Shown here one piece after another: positions 21,727 through 46,648 of a stretch of DNA of 64,000 nt (position 1 is its first letter; each line of letters starts with the position of its first letter). A program made the translations under genes and the position numbers. The stretch lies in contig CM119267.1 of NCBI GenBank assembly GCA_051294375.1, positions 5,006,619-5,070,618 of the forward strand, given 5' to 3'. The notes beneath the pieces are model-generated. The model was not told where the DNA came from, did no database searches, and saw only the letters and a program-made list of their open reading frames with translations. The stretch comes from Paraspadella gotoi. Taxonomy: Eukaryota > Animalia > Chaetognatha.

Positions 21727-22245
21727 CCAGTTATTCATATTTTGTGGATTTTTTCCGGTGATTATGGTTTTTTCTCAAGACTCGCGGCTTTGGCTTTGAA
21801 ACACTCCCCCCCCCTCCAGATCTCGATCTAACGCACTTTTAGAGCCAGTGCCGCGAAAATGTGCCTGTAAATCGTATACCCTAAAACTATTTTTTTTCTC
21901 TTTGAAAGTCAATATAACCAACTTCATTAGACTTTCCCACGTTCGTTCAGTCTACCCGGTTAACCTTACCCGTTTTTTCCACCCGTTAAACTCACCAGAA
22001 TCTTAAACTTCCTCGTCCCTCGAGACCCAACGCCTTATCTTTATCGTTTTTCTCCTCTCTCACCTCTCTCGGCCTTCCACATCCCACGACATCGACTCCT
22101 CTTCACCCCACCCTCTCCACACCCCACCGCCCCCTTCAACCGCCCCGAATCTATTTCCATTTTTGGCGAAATCGAGTTTCTTTTCTCTCACGAAATTCGA
22201 GGCAAAAGTCGGGAAAATTAGAAAATGATCGAAATAGAGAGAAAG

Positions 22246-22329
<84 letters not shown>

Positions 22330-23139
22330 AGAGGCAGTAAACTGATCCTTTTCTTTGGCTTTTGAATAATCGAAAGGCTCTTTTTTTTGCGGGGGGAACA
22401 GAGGTCAAGTAAATCTGGGGCGTGAGATAAGTTAAAAGAGGGCGGCTGGGACCAGGCTGGGTAGCGGGTAAGTTGAGTGGTCTACCGGCCTTCGATTCTG
22501 ATTTTTTTTTAGGGGGGAAAGAAAAGTGGTTTTGACTTCGGCGTTGTTGACCGACGTCGACGGAAAGATAAGAACTTGATCGGCGAGAGGTGAGGTCGAA
22601 CCGACCTTTAATGTTGGTAAGTGCGATTAAGACTGAAAGTTTGTTATCGGATCGACTCTGATGACGAAACATTTACTTAACTTTCTTAATTGCTTGCTCA
22701 CTGATTACTTAACTATTTTGATGCACGTAACTTAGTTACATGCTCAAACTTTTCCTTTCATGAATCAGATGAAAGATCTGAAAGGATTATAGTTTTAGGA
22801 AATAAGTTTTATAAAGTTAATAAAATAAGTTTATAAAATAATAAAATTGGTAAAAGGATTTGACCGTATTGTCTGGATTCAAATGACCGGTATTATTCTA
22901 ATAAAAAAGAGTTTTAAACATTATAACGTCATCACTACATTTAAATTTATTTTGACGTACGTAACGCGATTCCAAAATAATTTTCCTATTTTTATGTGAG
23001 AAAATCGAAAGTGAGAAAGTCAGCCCATTGGATCTTTTTCTCTGACATCTTTTCTATTCCTTGACCTCCTCAATCCCCGCTGAGAGAGTCTCTCTCTCTC
23101 CTCTCTCTCTCTCTCCTCTCTCCTCTCTCTCTCTCTTCT

Positions 23140-23170
<31 letters not shown>

Positions 23171-24986
23171 CCTCTCTTCTTCCGTCACCCTGGCTAAGTT
23201 TCCGACTCACGGAAAAACAAGAAAAAAAGATTCCAGATTTTTTGTCTTAATTCTCCGGAATTTTTGCAAAATCGTTCGGAAATCTGGATCAAGCTAAAAT
23301 CAGGGCTTGAATCAAGAACTCGGTGTTTGAATCAGAGTTGGAATCAATTCGCATGATAGATTTTTAATTAAGAAAAAAATTGTATTCAAAAATTTTTACC
23401 GCTTTTTTTTTTTCAAAATCTAAACAAAAGCACGAAATGACACATTTTGGCTGTCTGATGGCTTAATTAAGCGTTTGTTTGCATTAAATAAAAAATTAAA
23501 TCCATTCTATTCATAATTTAATCCTCTTTTTTCTTCAAGTGTTCTTTTTTTCCCCTTTTTTTTCCATAAACCTCTCCCGACCTCTGCCGTGCCGATTTGT
23601 CTACATTAAGACAAAGGGAAACCTCGAGTCTTTCCTCCGCTGGAGTCCAATTATTCATATGGATAACAAGAGAAGGAAGAGTTTGAGAGGACGGGGTCGT
23701 GAAGTGGAAATGTCAGGGTGAGTGAGATGGGAACTTCAGTGGGAAATGATGAATTCGGCGAGTGATCGGACAGCGAGACGGACGAGGAAGATGGAAAAAA
23801 GTACAGTCGGTCAGCTAGCCAATTCTGTTAAACTTACTGACAGCCAGATACAGCGAGTGGGAAACGGGGTTTCCACTTTACGACGGTGGAGTAAGGCGAA
23901 GGCTGGGGATTTGGCGGGGATCAAAGAGAGGGGAATGGAGTGGGGATCAAATCCGAGGTAGGTCGTCGCGGATTTCTCTTTCCGATTCGACATTCGGAGA
24001 ACCTTCCTTTCGCCTGACATTACCTCGTTCCTTTCCTTTCTCCCTCAGGTGAGATCGGTGTGGGAGACTTTTCCTTTTTTTTTTTCTTCTTCCTTTTTTC
24101 ATATCTCGGGTCGTTTCTCATAATAAGAGCGGAACGGTTCGTCTTGAACGCCGATCGATTTCATGACGAGAAATAAATGATAGTTTCAGCATAAATCTAT
24201 TAATAAATGAATATATCGATGATAAATTTCTCATGTCGATCCGAGACGTTTCCATAATTCTTCAACTACCCCACCCCCATTTTTTACCTTTTCTTATCCC
24301 ACTTTTCTTCCACTTTTGTTTATTGTTTATCCCATTTTTCTCCTTTTATCCTTTCCTTTAGTTTTTCTCTCCCCCCTTTTTTTTTTCTTCCCTTCCCTTC
24401 TTTTTTTCCTTTCTTCCTATTTCCTTTATTCTTTATTCCTTGTTCGGTTTTTCCTTTGGTTTTTCCCGATCGATCCCTTTTTATATTCAAAACAGAAAAT
24501 GAATTTCATCAACGGACGACGAACGACGACGACGACGACGAAGATGCGATGACGGTCGACGATGACGACGACGATGAAAAAGATTCTAACAAGGAAATGT
24601 TTACAACCACGTATTGCGGAAAGGTGACAAAGATGACGTTGACGACAATCATAATCTAAATGATGACAAGGAGACGCCGACAATGAGGACGAAGACGAAA
24701 AAACACTCTTTACAATGTACACGTCATATAGAAGAAATGTGAAAATTAGGCCAAAGAAAGTAGATATGAAATTGCCTAAAACATGATGAAAAAATATGCT
24801 ATGATGACATCCACAAAAAATAGCGAACCTGACAAGTGACAACAATGATGATGATGAATGATCACGAATGTCATGAATGTCATCATGAATGATGAAAATG
24901 ACTAGGATGACGTCGACGAAAAAAATATGGCGAACCTGACATCGACGAATATAAAAAAACTTAAGAAGAACGACGACGACGACGAA

Positions 24987-25027
<41 letters not shown>

Positions 25028-27162
25028 AAGGAAGTGAACAAGAATATAAAAAAGGGAAAAGTCGAAAGAAAGAAAGAAGAGAAAAAGGAAAGAAGACCGG
25101 AAGAATGGAATCGTGACGCCGCGTGGCGAGAGCCGGCATCCTCGTCGCCATGGAGACACGAATACGACTCGTGAGACGTTCGTGGGATTACGAGAAGCTC
25201 ACGAGTTGTCGTCGTCGTGGTCGTCGTTGTCGTCGATGTCGGCTTGGGTCCGTTTTTCTTTCCTCCTTTCCGGAATGTAAGCTCGTCTTGAGCTCTGTGA
25301 ATGGTCTCGTTGCTTTTGCATGTTGAAAATGAAAGTTGCAAAAATTGCTTGTTTCGCTATCATTATTTTTTTAGATTTAGAATAACTATTATTTAAATTT
25401 TTATTTATTTATTATTTTATTATTATGGATTCGAAAAGCACTGATTGGCAAGATCGGACTTGCCAATCAGCGAACGAAAAAGTATGTAACATTAAAAAAA
25501 TCTTTATAAAGATTTTTTAAAATAACGAAGTAATAGCAAACTAAATAATAATAATAAATAATTCTCGTCATTGACTTACTTGCGTGGACTAAATTCAATT
25601 CTTTAATCAAATCAGTTGCCATTCAGACTGGGAGAATCTTGAAAGCAGACCATCTGGCAGAAATGGAAAAGATTGCGACGAAAGTCGTACAACATGCAGT
25701 CGCTAATACTAAGAAGGAAAAAACTTTCCTTCGGCAGCCGAATCATTTTTTTTAAAGAAAAAAAAAATGAATAAAAATTATGGCAAAGGAAAAACTTTCT
25801 AAAAAAAAGGGAGACAAATAACGAGAAATGGAGAGAAAAAAAAATTGTCGGGAAAAGATGAAAAATTGAGGAAGAGAGAGAGAAAAAAAATTATGGGAGA
25901 AAAAGGATGAAAGGAAAAAAAAGAAAAGGAAAAAGAAAAGAAAGAAAAGGGAGAAAAATTATGGAGGAAAAAGGAGGAAAGGAAAAGGAAAAGGAAAAGA
26001 AAGAAAAGGAAAAAATTATGGGAGGAAAAAGAAGGAAAGGAAAAAAGAGAGGAAAAAAAGAAAGAAAAAAATGGGGAAAAAAGGAGGAAAGGAAAAAAGA
26101 AATGAAAAGGAAAAGAAAGAAAAAGGAAAAAATATTGGAGGAAAAGGAAGGAAAGGAAAAAGAAAAGTAAAAGAAAGAAAAAAGGAAAAAAATTATGGGA
26201 GGAAAAAAGAGGAAAGGAAAAAAGAAAAGAAAAAAAAGAAAGAAAAAAAATATGGAAGGAAAAAGGAGAAAAGGAAAAAGAAATGGAAAAGAAAGAAAAG
26301 AAAAAGAAAAAAATAATTATGGAGGAAAAAGGAGGAAAGGAAAAAAAAAGGAAAAAGGAAGAAGAAAAAGAAAAGGAAAAAGAAAATAAGGAAAAAGAAA
26401 AAAAATATGGGGGAAAAAATAAGGAAAGGAAAAAAGAAAAGGAAAAAGAAAAGAAAGAAAAAATTATGGGAGGAAAAAGAAGGAAAGAAAAAAGAAAAGA
26501 AAAAAGAAAAGAAAAAAGAAAAGAAGAAAAGAAAAAAACCCGACATCTCGCCGTTAAGAGGAAAGAGAAGAGAAAAAAATAAATAATTCAAACAGAGATT
26601 AGAAAATGAAAGGGAAGCTTTGCGACAATTAAGCGAGCAGAAGCGGTGGGGAGTGGAGAAGAGGTGGTTTGAGTGGTATGGGGGTTTAGGTGAGGTTCGG
26701 AAGGGGGGGAACGGGGGCGTGAGTGGTTTGAGTCAAAAGGAAGATGGGATGTGAAGAAAAAAAACGTGAGGGGTCACAATGAGGAGGCGAAAAGGTTAAA
26801 TAAAGAGGAATATGAAGGATCGGGAAGATTTATTGTTGACAAAGATGACAAAGATGACAAAGGAGGAAAAAAGAAATAGAGAGAATGGAAGAAGATTTAA
26901 ATAGAGAAACTGTGGGAGAATGTATAAAAAAAGAATAAAAAAAGAATATACAAATTTGGCAAAAGATGTAAACAGTAATACAAAATAGGAAATATATGCA
27001 TGCAGAAATGTGAATAAAATTAAATATTAAAAATAAGAAACTAGTGGCTTGACTAAACAAGTCGACGGTGATGAGGTTAAAAAAAGACAAAAAGAAAAAA
27101 AGTTAAAAGGAAAAAAAGATGAAAACAACTGGAGGCGGAGATAACGGAAATTTTTAAAAAAG

Positions 27163-27194
<32 letters not shown>

Positions 27195-27202
27195 AAGAGA
27201 GA

Positions 27203-27233
<31 letters not shown>

Positions 27234-28562
27234 TAGAACACGCAAACGGTTATTTTTTTTTCATTCGCCGTTGGAAACTGAAAGAGATGGAAAAAAGTTT
27301 TGTCGCCTCGTAATTTTAATATTCATAAAAAATTTTTTCAATATTCAAAAAACGAATGGATATTAAAACAATTATTGCGTCGAAGTGATTTTAAATTTTA
27401 AACCAAAGACCAACGACACCCTGAGTTGATAATGATTTGGTTCCTCGTTTTGCTCATAAGTGATAATTAAACCAACGGTTTTCTCTAGTTTCAACTCCTT
27501 CATTATCATAGGCGAGTCTTTTCATCCTTTTCTGATTCAATAGCATCATTTTTTTTCAAATCGCTATTCCTGACGCTTAACTTACCCGGTTTCACCATCA
27601 TTCTTCACGCAATTTCCCTCATCGACCTGACTTAGCTCCCTTTTCATCTTCTCCTCAAAATGATATCGTCATTCGCTTGAAAACCTTTTCTCGGAAATGC
27701 GAGAGAGTTCTCAAAACGCGGTCGAGATGTGAAATAAGTTGCTCCTCCGTAGAGTGGCTAGGGTGTTTGGCCGTAGCGGAGCTGGGAGTGACGTTGGTGC
27801 TGGATAATCGTAACAAATACTTAGCTCTTTTTTCTTATTAAAGTTTCGCTTATTACTTGGAGAGTTTTATATAAAACGAAGGAACAAAGAATTAAACCAA
27901 CAAAGGGTTAAGTTAGTTTTGCTTTGCGACAGGGTCATAAACCCCACATTCATTGCATTTTTACGTTTTTAACTTAAAAAACCTTAAAAAATACGTAAAA
28001 GAAAAAAGAAAGAAAAAAAAGAAAAGTAACTATATCTCGATCGAAAAGTGTTTTTTTCTTTTTTTCTTCTCCCCCCACATTTTTTTGGGGCGAAACGAAT
28101 ATTGTAGAAAAAACGATTGGATCATATCCCAATTCCAGTCAAATGGAATCGAGAGAAAGACGGAGGGGGGGGAGTGAAAGGTTTAGCGTGAAAGCGAGGT
28201 GGCTGTGAATTGAGGAGTGAGGACCGAGTGGCGGCCTTCCTGTATAGTTACTTAATCGTTTTTAAGTTGTGATGTGAATCGTAGTCGGTTGAAGGAGGAG
28301 GTTCACAGAGGAGGTCGGTAGAGAGACCAGGATGTGAAGTATTTGGAGTGACGAGGTTAGGTGAATTCCAGAGGAAAGGTAGGGTGATTCCAGAAAGAGG
28401 GTAGGCCCCGTGATCCAGAGGGAGGGTTGGTGATTAGCGAAAAGAAATTAAAAATAATTACTACCGAGTTTTTTTTTCCCTACGACACACCTACTAATTA
28501 AAAGTGGAACCGAAAAGAATTGGGGAACGTTCCTTCTTGTTCCATCAATGAGAGAGTGAGTG

Positions 28563-28594
<32 letters not shown>

Positions 28595-28635
28595 AGAAAG
28601 AGGAGAGAGAAGAGAGAGAGAGAGAGAGAAGAGAC

Positions 28636-28667
<32 letters not shown>

Positions 28668-29189
28668 TTCTTCTCTCTTGTTCTTTATTTTTCTTTTGAT
28701 ACAAAGAATGAGTATTAAAAACCAGTATCGGAAAAATTGTTTTTAAAAATAGATTAGTCTTTTATTAATAAGATTGACTTACTCTACTATTTGCACCTAC
28801 TATACAAAACAGTTAAATAATTAATTTAACATTCATTCGTTACCGTATGCGATTTCATAGACTTAAAAATAAATGAATTCTAGATATTTATGAACAAACA
28901 TATTTAAAAAGAATCGTAACATACGCAACCTAAAAAAACTCATACTTGGAGTTTTTGTTTTCTTTTTTTAGTTTTTGTGTTTCTTTTTTTCTTCCGGTTG
29001 TTTTCGGTCGAATCCAATTGAGTCGCGACGACGAACGAGGGAAATTTTAAAGTTTACCAAACGAAACATTTTTTTGTTGGAGTTTTAACTAAACGTCGTC
29101 TCGTCGTCGTCGACGTCGTCGCGTCGTCGTCACGTCGTTATTATCCCAATCTAAGTCATTGTAAGTCTTCAACACATTTAACGTCGAAA
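20674..29189 (+). repeat. Duplicated block, copy 2 (equivalent to 12030-20648)
   Basis: Starts ggaatggaatggaatgc after a 25-N gap and ends at the same cgtcgaaa breakpoint as copy 1, before another 25-N gap. Confidence 0.93.
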
Positions 29190-29519
29190 NNNNNNNNNNN
29201 NNNNNNNNNNNNNNTTTTTTTTTTTTCGTTTTTGTCAAGAAAAACTCATGAATTGTATACATTGAAATTTAATTTAGATTTCAGTTGAATATCTTTTTTG
29301 AATCAAGATTGAAAACAAATATATAACCTCATTATAAAACGCATTTCCTTTCATGATTTTCGTAACGAAAGCTTTACTCGGCGAATCGGCTCATTTTCAT
29401 AATCATAATCACTTTACTTTTTCTTCTAATCGCGTTTTCATAAACGTAACTTTTTTTTAGCGAAAAACTGCATTTATTTTTGTGTTTTTTTTTTNNNNNN
29501 NNNNNNNNNNNNNNNNNNN

Positions 29520-29685
29520 TAGTTTAGGGTATACGATTTACAGGCACATTTTCGGCCACTGGCTCTAAAAGGCGTTGATCGAGATCTGGAGGGGGGGGGA
29601 AGTGTTTCAAAGCCAAAGCCGCGAGTCTTGAGAAAAAACCATAATCACCGGAAAAAATCCACAAAATATGAATAACTGGAATATT

Positions 29686-29780
<95 letters not shown>

Positions 29781-29797
29781 TTCTCCCTTCTTTTCTA

Positions 29798-29834
<37 letters not shown>

Positions 29835-30436
29835 CCTCTCTCTCTCTCTCTTCTTTTTTTTTTTTGAGAATTTTATCATCGAAAAGAATTCCGATTCAGA
29901 TTTTTAAATTGCGCGGAAAAAAAACCCTGGCGAAAGAAAAAAAATGGCGGAGTTTTTCCTCGACGTCAAAATTTCCGGCGAAAAAAAAATTTGTAAAAAA
30001 AAAAACACAAAAATAAATGCAGTTTTTGCGCTAAAAAAAAGTTACGTTTATGAAAACGCGATTAGAAGAAAAAAGTAAAGTGATTATGATTATGAAAATG
30101 AGCCGATTCGCCGAGTAAACTTTCGTTACGAAATCCATGAAAGGAAATGCGTTTATAATGAGGTTATATATTTGTTTTCAATCTTGATTCAAAAAAGATA
30201 TTCAACTGAAATCTAAATTAAATTTCAATGTATACAATTCATGAGTTTTTCTTGACAAAAACGAAAAAAAAAAAAAGATTTTTAAAAAGTTTTTCTTTCA
30301 CGGACGAAAAACGAGGGATCCGATTTCAACCTCGATTTTTTCACCAAATGACACAGTTTACGGGCAAGTTCGTTCTTTCTCCCTCTCTCCCCCTCTCTTC
30401 TCTTCTCTCTCCTCCCTCTCTCTCTCTCTCTCTCCT
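29520..30436 (-). repeat. Inverted fragment of the duplicated block (reverse complement of ~20990-21890)
   Basis: e.g. tagtttagggtatacgatttacaggcac is the reverse complement of gtgcctgtaaatcgtataccctaaaacta. It is flanked by forward fragments 29215-29494 and ~30490-30700. Confidence 0.9.
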
Positions 30437-30702
30437 AACATTTGGAAATCACGTGACATTAAACAAAGTTACTGGCCGCGACTAAAATCTCATTTTTTTT
30501 CTCTTTGAAAGTCAATATAACCAACTTCATTAGACTTTCCCACGTTCGTTCAGTCTACCCGGTTAACCCTTACCGTTTTTCCACCCGTTAAACTCACCCA
30601 GAATCTTAACTGCCTCGTCCCTCGAGACCCAACGCCTTATCTTATCGTTTTTCTCCTCTCTCACTCTTCTCGGCCTTCCACATCCCACGACATCGACTCC
30701 CT

Positions 30703-41424
<10,722 letters not shown>

Positions 41425-41836
41425 GAAGTTAATCAAGGTTGTTTCTATTTCATTATCAAAACTCGTAACATATTTTAAATTTTTAAAGAGCCACGCCATA
41501 GAAATAAACGTTTATTTACGTTCATTTTCACGTAAAATCTCACCTTTTTTCACTATTTTTTTTTCCTTGAGATAATTTGTTGTAACAATTCTATTTTCGG
41601 ACCAAAATTTTAAAAGAAAAAGCGAAAACGAAGGTCGAAAAGACATTAAAGTTTCACAAATCAACTTTAGGAAAAAAAAAAAGGAGAAAAAAAAATAGTG
41701 TTGCCCTTGAAAACAGTTTTTTTGAGTTGGGAATAAATAACTTCCGCCTAGACTGTCTTCGCCTTTCTCCCTCTCTCTTTCTTTCTCTCTTTCTTTCTCT
41801 TTATTTTTTTCTTCTCCTTGTTTTTTGGTCTTTTTA

Positions 41837-42190
41837 TAGTTACGCCGCGAGTACTCGCGGAGAAACTCTATAAGTCACTTTTCGGTCGGTCTGTCGGTCG
41901 GTCGGTATGTCTGTCCGTCGTTCTGTCCCACTTACATTAAAAATATATATAATTTGCTTATAGTTGGTTGTTCATTTGTTAAGACAGGAAAAAAAACCTC
42001 AAATCTAAGGGACTGCTAGCGCCGCCTTCAGGAAATCCTAAAACTAAAAGGAATAATAGACTGAATGCAGTACATGTCATAAATGCAAGGACTAAGAAAA
42101 TTTTTTTTAGTCATATCATGTCATGTCGTGTCATGTCAGACACATAAAAATAAAGTTACTGCGGCGCAACACATTGGAATCACCCTTCTT
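41837..42190 (+). mobile_element. HINE/DINE-1-like element, second copy of 8469-8820
   Basis: Shares ctcgcggag, the gtcggtcggtatgtctgtccgtc tract, aaatctaagggactgctagcgccgccttcaggaaatc and the end caacacattgg.atcacccttctt. Differences are mostly substitutions, unlike the artefact copies. Confidence 0.75.
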
Positions 42191-43630
42191 TTTTTTTAGC
42201 TTTTTGTTTTTCTCGTTATATTCTCTTATTTGGTCTTAATTTTTTTTTCCCCCACCGTCTTTTGTTTCTATTTTGTTGGCTTCGTCGCTTGGCCGCGTCT
42301 TTCCCCGATTTTATTTCGTCTCCATCTCATTTGGCGCTGATCTTTTCTTTCTCTCTCTCAATGGCTTCGTTGATACCTTTTGTCCATCGATTCATTTTCT
42401 TTGGTATCTTTTTTGTGATATTCTTTATCCCTTGATTTTTAGTCGTAAAAAAAACAAAGGAATAGGACGACGAAAAATAAAATAAGACGACGACGATGAC
42501 GACAACGACGACGACAACGACGTCAATGGATCCGGCGAAGGAAACGAAAACGAGAAAGAATGTTTTGATTTTTCCGTCGAATTCGCGTTTATCTTCCTTC
42601 CAGTCCTTAACGGCCTATACCGCCCCCCCTCTCCCCCCCACTTCCGCCCTCTATCGACGCCCCACACTTTTTTTTTCTCTCTTCCCGCTTTCCCTTTCCT
42701 TCGTCTACTTTTCCTTCGTCTACATTTCCTTGCTTTTCCCCTCTCCCTTTATTTTTCTTTTCTTTTTTCTATTGTTTCCTGTCTTCTTAATCTTCGCGCG
42801 GGCAAAAGAGATTCCTTGCATCCTTTCTTCCATCTTTTTTTCTTTCCTCAAACGTTTACTCATTCACCTTCCTACCTACCTACAACACATCTAGGGAAAA
42901 ACTCAGGGATTTCTAGGGGCAAAAATCAAGATGAGATTTTATTCTGGGAAAACTAAGGAAATCTAAGTATATTTATAGCTGAGAAGAGTGATTTGAACAA
43001 TTCCAATGATTCTGCAAGCTGATTGGTCGATCCCGGTTCCATCTCGACCAATAAGGATTCGGCGATTCCATTCCCGCGGATATTGCCCGAGTCTTTGATC
43101 CGATTTGCTTTTGGTGACTCGATAATCCTGCGATTTTTCTCTTTTTTTCTATCTTCCTCTCCCATTTCTCATTCTTTCTTACCTTCCTCCCTCTTTCTGT
43201 CTCCTTCTCTCCTTCTTTCTCCCCTCTCACCAGGCTCCCTTACCTTATTCCTCTTCGGACCTCACCTTATCTCATCCCTCTTCTCCCCCTCACCCACGAA
43301 AGGAGAGAGACGAATTTTCTTCGGTTAAAACGCGTTTCGTCTCCCAGGAATTTTCTAGACTCTTTTTCCTTCCTAACGCGACGAGACTAAATTAACTCTC
43401 CAGTTTCATTAGTATTTAATGATAAGGAAAAAAGTTGCTCATTTTAAAGAATTGTTGTTGTCGTTGTTATCGTCGTTGACGCCCGATAGAGTTACGCCGG
43501 CGACGACGCAAAAGAAAACAAAGACAAAGGGGCGTCGCCGTAGACGAGCGGCGCCGCCGAGAACAAAAAATAGCGGCTAAAAAAAAGAGCAACGTAAAAA
43601 CAAACTCGGCGATGGAAGGCCTTTCTTCTT

Positions 43631-43687
<57 letters not shown>

Positions 43688-45091
43688 TCTCTCAATTTCG
43701 GGCGGCGACGGGCGGCAAGCGGCGGGCGACGGAAAGTTTCCTTTTTCCGCCGCTAGGGTCGCGGTTATTTCCTTCCGCCGATGGTTATTGACGCCATAAC
43801 GCGCCACGAGGCGCCACGAAGCGCCGCCTGCCGGAAACCGCTTTTATGCGCGCCATAAAGGAACGTCGGGTGGCGAGACCTGGAAGGCGCGAGATGGCGT
43901 TGAGAACGGCGCAGAGATGGCATCCGAGAAGGGAAGTGGCAATTCGATGGCAATTTAAAGCGCGAGGAAGGTGGCGATAAAAAATATTGAGACTGTAAAA
44001 AGAAAAATCTACTGGGAAGATTTGTTACAAAATTTCGTTCACCCCTTCCGTCCTCCCACAGTTAATTGGGTCCTAGAGTTAATTGGGAAGGTTGCGTGAA
44101 ATATGGATCGGACTTGTCGAGAGCCAAATGCGAAGTAATTAAGCGGTTACGAACTTGAGAGAGAGAGAGAGAGAGAGAGCGTGAGCGTGAGAGAGCGAAA
44201 GCTCATAACCGGCGTGACATCGTGAAAAACGATCTCACGGAAGCGAATTGGCGGGATGTTGGGGGCGAAGGGGGGGGGGAGGTGGAGTGGAGGTGTGAGA
44301 AAAAGGGAGTTGGGTGTTTTAGCGATTCACGGAATGAAAAGATGCGAGATTGGATGCATCTTAATTTCATTTCACTCTTGCCACTCTCAGTTGGACTTTC
44401 GAGTTTCGCCGCTTTTATTTGTTGCAGGAGAAAACAATCGTTGTTTTGTTTTGTTTCGTTTTGTTTATTTATCTTTTTTGAGTTAGAGTTTTGTGGCTCT
44501 TGCTGTTGCTATAATCATTTGCGGGAAAATATAATCTCATCTTTGTAAAGAGATTTACTTACCCCCTAAACTTGTACAATTTTTTTCCCTTTTTCTTTCG
44601 TGTCATCGCAAAAACAAAAAAAATCACCATCACAAACACAATAATAACCAAAACAACGACGACGACGACGACGACGACGATAACGCCATCTTTGCCACCA
44701 CTTGACGACACTTCTTCAGTTTAACAAGACAAAGTCAAAGGAACATTAAGCAACTGTTCAAAGCTGCCACGTCGCACCCTCTCAATGGCGCTCTCCAAAT
44801 TTTCAACACAACGCCTCAGTTGACGCCACCAAGCACCGTTTCCTTTTTCCACTACCAAGCATTCCCCGACCTTATCGCACCTAACACGTCCCCCCACGCC
44901 CCCCACGTGGCTCTTTTGACGTCAGAGACGAAATTTCGCGGAGAAAAAGAAAAAGTTAAATCGATGAGAAAGAATCGTAGTTTATGCGCATATTTTTACT
45001 CGATGCAACCCGCGATTCTAAGCCTAAGGTTTTTGGGTCGGTCCGTCTATTAATTTATTTTAAAAAGCGTCGAATATATTTATTGATATAT

Positions 45092-45182
45092 GAAATTGGT
45101 ACAACCAATATAACAATTTTCCATTCATTTAATAAATAATCTATTTTGCCCATGACTTTGAACAGGCTTAGGTGCTTTAAGG
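45092..45182 (+). repeat. Short dispersed repeat, copy 2
   Basis: Aligns by eye with 3976-4066. Confidence 0.7.
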
Positions 45183-45357
45183 TATAAGGCATAATGTGTT
45201 TATTTGATTAATGAATAATGAAATTATAAGAATATTTATTACATAAAAGGAAACTGTAGCGCGACTGTAGCGCCTCTCGCGTCCACTTTAACTCTATATC
45301 ACCTCTCTCACCATTCTCTCTCTCTCTCTCTCCTTCTCTTCATCCTCTATCTCTTCT

Positions 45358-45395
<38 letters not shown>

Positions 45396-46606
45396 TTCTT
45401 CTCTCACCTATCACCAGCATTCTCCTTTTTTTTTTCACGCAAGATTTTCGGTCGTGATTCATTTATCACCCGCAAAAAAAGGAGAGAGTGAAATCGCGAT
45501 GTCACCTTTTTTTGAAAGAGATGGAATTTTATGCCGATTCCATTATTGAGATGTTTTTATCAGACGATGTTTACGATGGCTGGTGAAATAGATGTATTTG
45601 TTCGTTGTGAAGTTTTTGTTAATAGTAATACATAATAAGTTCAATACGAATTATTAAGTCCACTGTGGACGGAAATTTCGTTATATCTCCGACGTACTCT
45701 CGAATGGTATTCAGTAAATACACTGTGATTTTAACCCTCAGGAATCTTCGATCCGAAATATCGAAATTCGTTTTTACTCACGATTCACACTCTCTTCTCT
45801 CTTTAGCGAGACGTAGTCCTCTTTCTCTTCCTCGTAATTCTTAACTTGATATCACGAGCTCGTTTTTCTCTAATGCATTTTTTGTCCTGTGATTAATTAT
45901 CGATAAAAAGACTCACGCTATTTGCCTTGTAAATAAAGTTAACCAGCGAAGCAAAACAATGAAAACCAAAGTAAAGGATAAAACAAAGCGAAAAAGTATC
46001 TCGGTAATATATAATATATATATCGGTTTTTTAAACATACTGTAAATTGTTTTCTCGCCTTGACTTTGGATGTAGTTCTTATCTAGTATCTACTCTTTTT
46101 CAATTTCCGCCCGAAAACAAAACGAAACAAAATATAAAAGTTTTTAAAATCGCGTAAAAATCCATAAAGCTCTCTTTCCTTGGCACGTGCGCCATTGTAT
46201 CGCCAGTTTTGTGCGAAAAGCGTTTAAAATCGCGCATAACCTTTTGCGTCGGTTCGCTCGTTAAATGTTCGAGGCCATTAATCCTCAGCAAACGTGCGTC
46301 TCTCTTCTCTTCTTCCTTTTTTTTTTCTTTTCTTTTCTTTTCTTTTATTTTCCTTTCTAATTTCTAGTAGTTCCCACTTCTCTGTTTTTATTTAACCCTT
46401 TTTCCCTTTCGTCTATTTCTAATCAAGCTTCTATGTCCTCTCTTTTCCTCTCTATACCATTTCGAACCTTTCTTTCCTCTCTTTTCTTCTCTCTATCAAA
46501 ACATGCCTCTTTTCCTTCACTTTTCTTCTCCATTTCAACTCAATCCTATCTTTTTTCATTTCGTCGTCATTCCCGAGTTTGATCGAAAAGAAATTGACGT
46601 CTCATG

Positions 46607-46648
<42 letters not shown>

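Noticed and set aside
42953-43165. Stretch open in all three minus frames after a possible acceptor
   Set aside because: No recognisable domain, no linked exons, and the frame cannot be chosen.
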